This document shows positions 63,237 through 64,000 of a stretch of DNA of 64,000 nucleotides, piece by piece. The position numbers and the translations under genes were made by a program. The notes under the pieces were generated by a model that did not search any database, was not told the origin of the DNA, and saw only the letters and a program-made list of their open reading frames with translations. Source of the DNA: a virus; IMG/VR virus record IMGVR_UViG_3300045988_115074, positions 64,001 to 128,000 of that record, one strand, 5' to 3'. Position 1 is the stretch's first letter, and each line of letters starts with the position of its first letter.

Positions 63237-64000
63237 ATGAATATCGATTTGTATCAAACAGCACCTCTGCAACAAATGGTTGGTGAGATGTTGACACAAG
63301 TGATTGATGAAACACTTTACGCAGGCCCAAACCAAGTATCATTCTTTCGTGGTTGTGCAGCTGAAGCATTGAGTCAAAACAATAATTTGTTCTCTGAAAT
63401 CTACGTGAATATCTTGCAGGTTTTAGAACTCGAATATCTCTCTAACCAAATTAACCCTAACAACCAAAACCAAGTATTCAACTTAGTAAGTAATTCTTTT
63501 GTTGATGCTGTTCCATACATCTTCTTGAACTATGGCCCAATGAACCAATTGAATGCTCAGGAAGCACATGGTTGCCGAAATGATGCTAATAAGTATTGTT
63601 CTTACATTGGTAATATCCAACGCCAATTGGCTCGTCATTATAGCAATAGCAATGGCATGATGTACAACAACAATGCCGGTGGTTATGCTACACGTGGTGG
63701 TATGACATTACGTAATAATAACATGGGTAATAACGGTGGTTCACGTTGGGGCAATGTACGTGGTAATAACTTTGGTGGTATGGGTAATAATCGTGTAGAT
63801 AATACATTTAGTGCTTCTAACACACAAGCACATGATGTATTTGGTCGTGGTAATAACAATGCCAATTCCTCACCACAAAAAGACAGTAATGACTATTTTG
63901 CTATTAAACGTCGTAAGTATGTTGAAAGTCAAAATACTCAAAACACTCAACCAGATAATTCAGCGTACAATGAATTGGTAGATGAGTCTGCTGTTATTGG
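63237..64000 (+). CDS. hypothetical protein, N-terminal 254 codons (runs off the window end), with an N/G/R-rich low-complexity region
   Basis: My translation from the ATG at 63237 (AAAGGAAA RBS) has no stop to 64000. It contains YATRGGMTLRNNNMGNNGGSRWGNVRGNNFGGMGNNR. Confidence 0.75.
   Translation, partial: MNIDLYQTAPLQQMVGEMLTQVIDETLYAGPNQVSFFRGCAAEALSQNNNLFSEIYVNILQVLELEYLSNQINPNNQNQVFNLVSNSFVDAVPYIFLNYGPMNQLNAQEAHGCRNDANKYCSYIGNIQRQLARHYSNSNGMMYNNNAGGYATRGGMTLRNNNMGNNGGSRWGNVRGNNFGGMGNNRVDNTFSASNTQAHDVFGRGNNNANSSPQKDSNDYFAIKRRKYVESQNTQNTQPDNSAYNELVDESAVI

Noticed and set aside
1-64000. tRNA genes, CRISPR arrays, integrase/transposase or prophage attachment sites
   Set aside because: I found no cloverleaf-like T-arm sequences (GGTTCGAATCC type), no regularly spaced direct repeats and no recombinase motifs by eye. 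A tRNAscan, Aragorn or CRISPR-finder run would be needed to exclude them formally.

Overview
AT-rich 64 kb segment that reads as part of a large (jumbo-type) lytic phage genome infecting a Gram-negative host. It has about 70 tightly packed genes, nearly all on the + strand, with three short minus-strand islands (1-2398, 7815-9365, 51716-56235). No tRNA, rRNA, CRISPR array, integrase or transposase was seen. Families recognisable from motifs: ThyA-family thymidylate synthase (29129-30157), a Tmk-like dNMP kinase fused to a MazG-like pyrophosphohydrolase (21937-23439), a ClpP-family serine protease (7815-8390), an SNF2-family helicase (51716-53851), a DnaB-family helicase (54703-56235), a secreted SleB/Hydrolase_2-like cell-wall hydrolase (25880-26542), an i-spanin/o-spanin pair (43392-44059), several lipoproteins, a small receptor-binding-like fibre protein (33053-33724) and a very large codon-optimised virion protein that is probably the major capsid protein (57177-59462). 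Most other genes are hypothetical, and many fall into tandem paralog families: six members in 30792-42752, three in 46163-51638, and pairs at 5477/9558 and 27172/27677. The non-coding layer is very regular. At least 14 copies of one AT-rich promoter-like core are each followed by a leader hairpin, often then by a palindromic CTTTATATAAAGGAA ribosome-binding block, and more than 20 strong hairpin terminators separate the units. Most unusual is 16101-16485. There one consensus promoter drives about 250 nt with no credible ORF into a textbook intrinsic terminator, and an unlisted 59-codon minus-strand ORF with a consensus RBS lies antisense to that unit. The large capsid-like protein, S/A-x-E motifs, AT-rich promoters and a possible split RNAP beta-like gene suggest a phiKZ-like lineage. 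This is inference only; no tubulin or nuclear-shell gene was recognised here.
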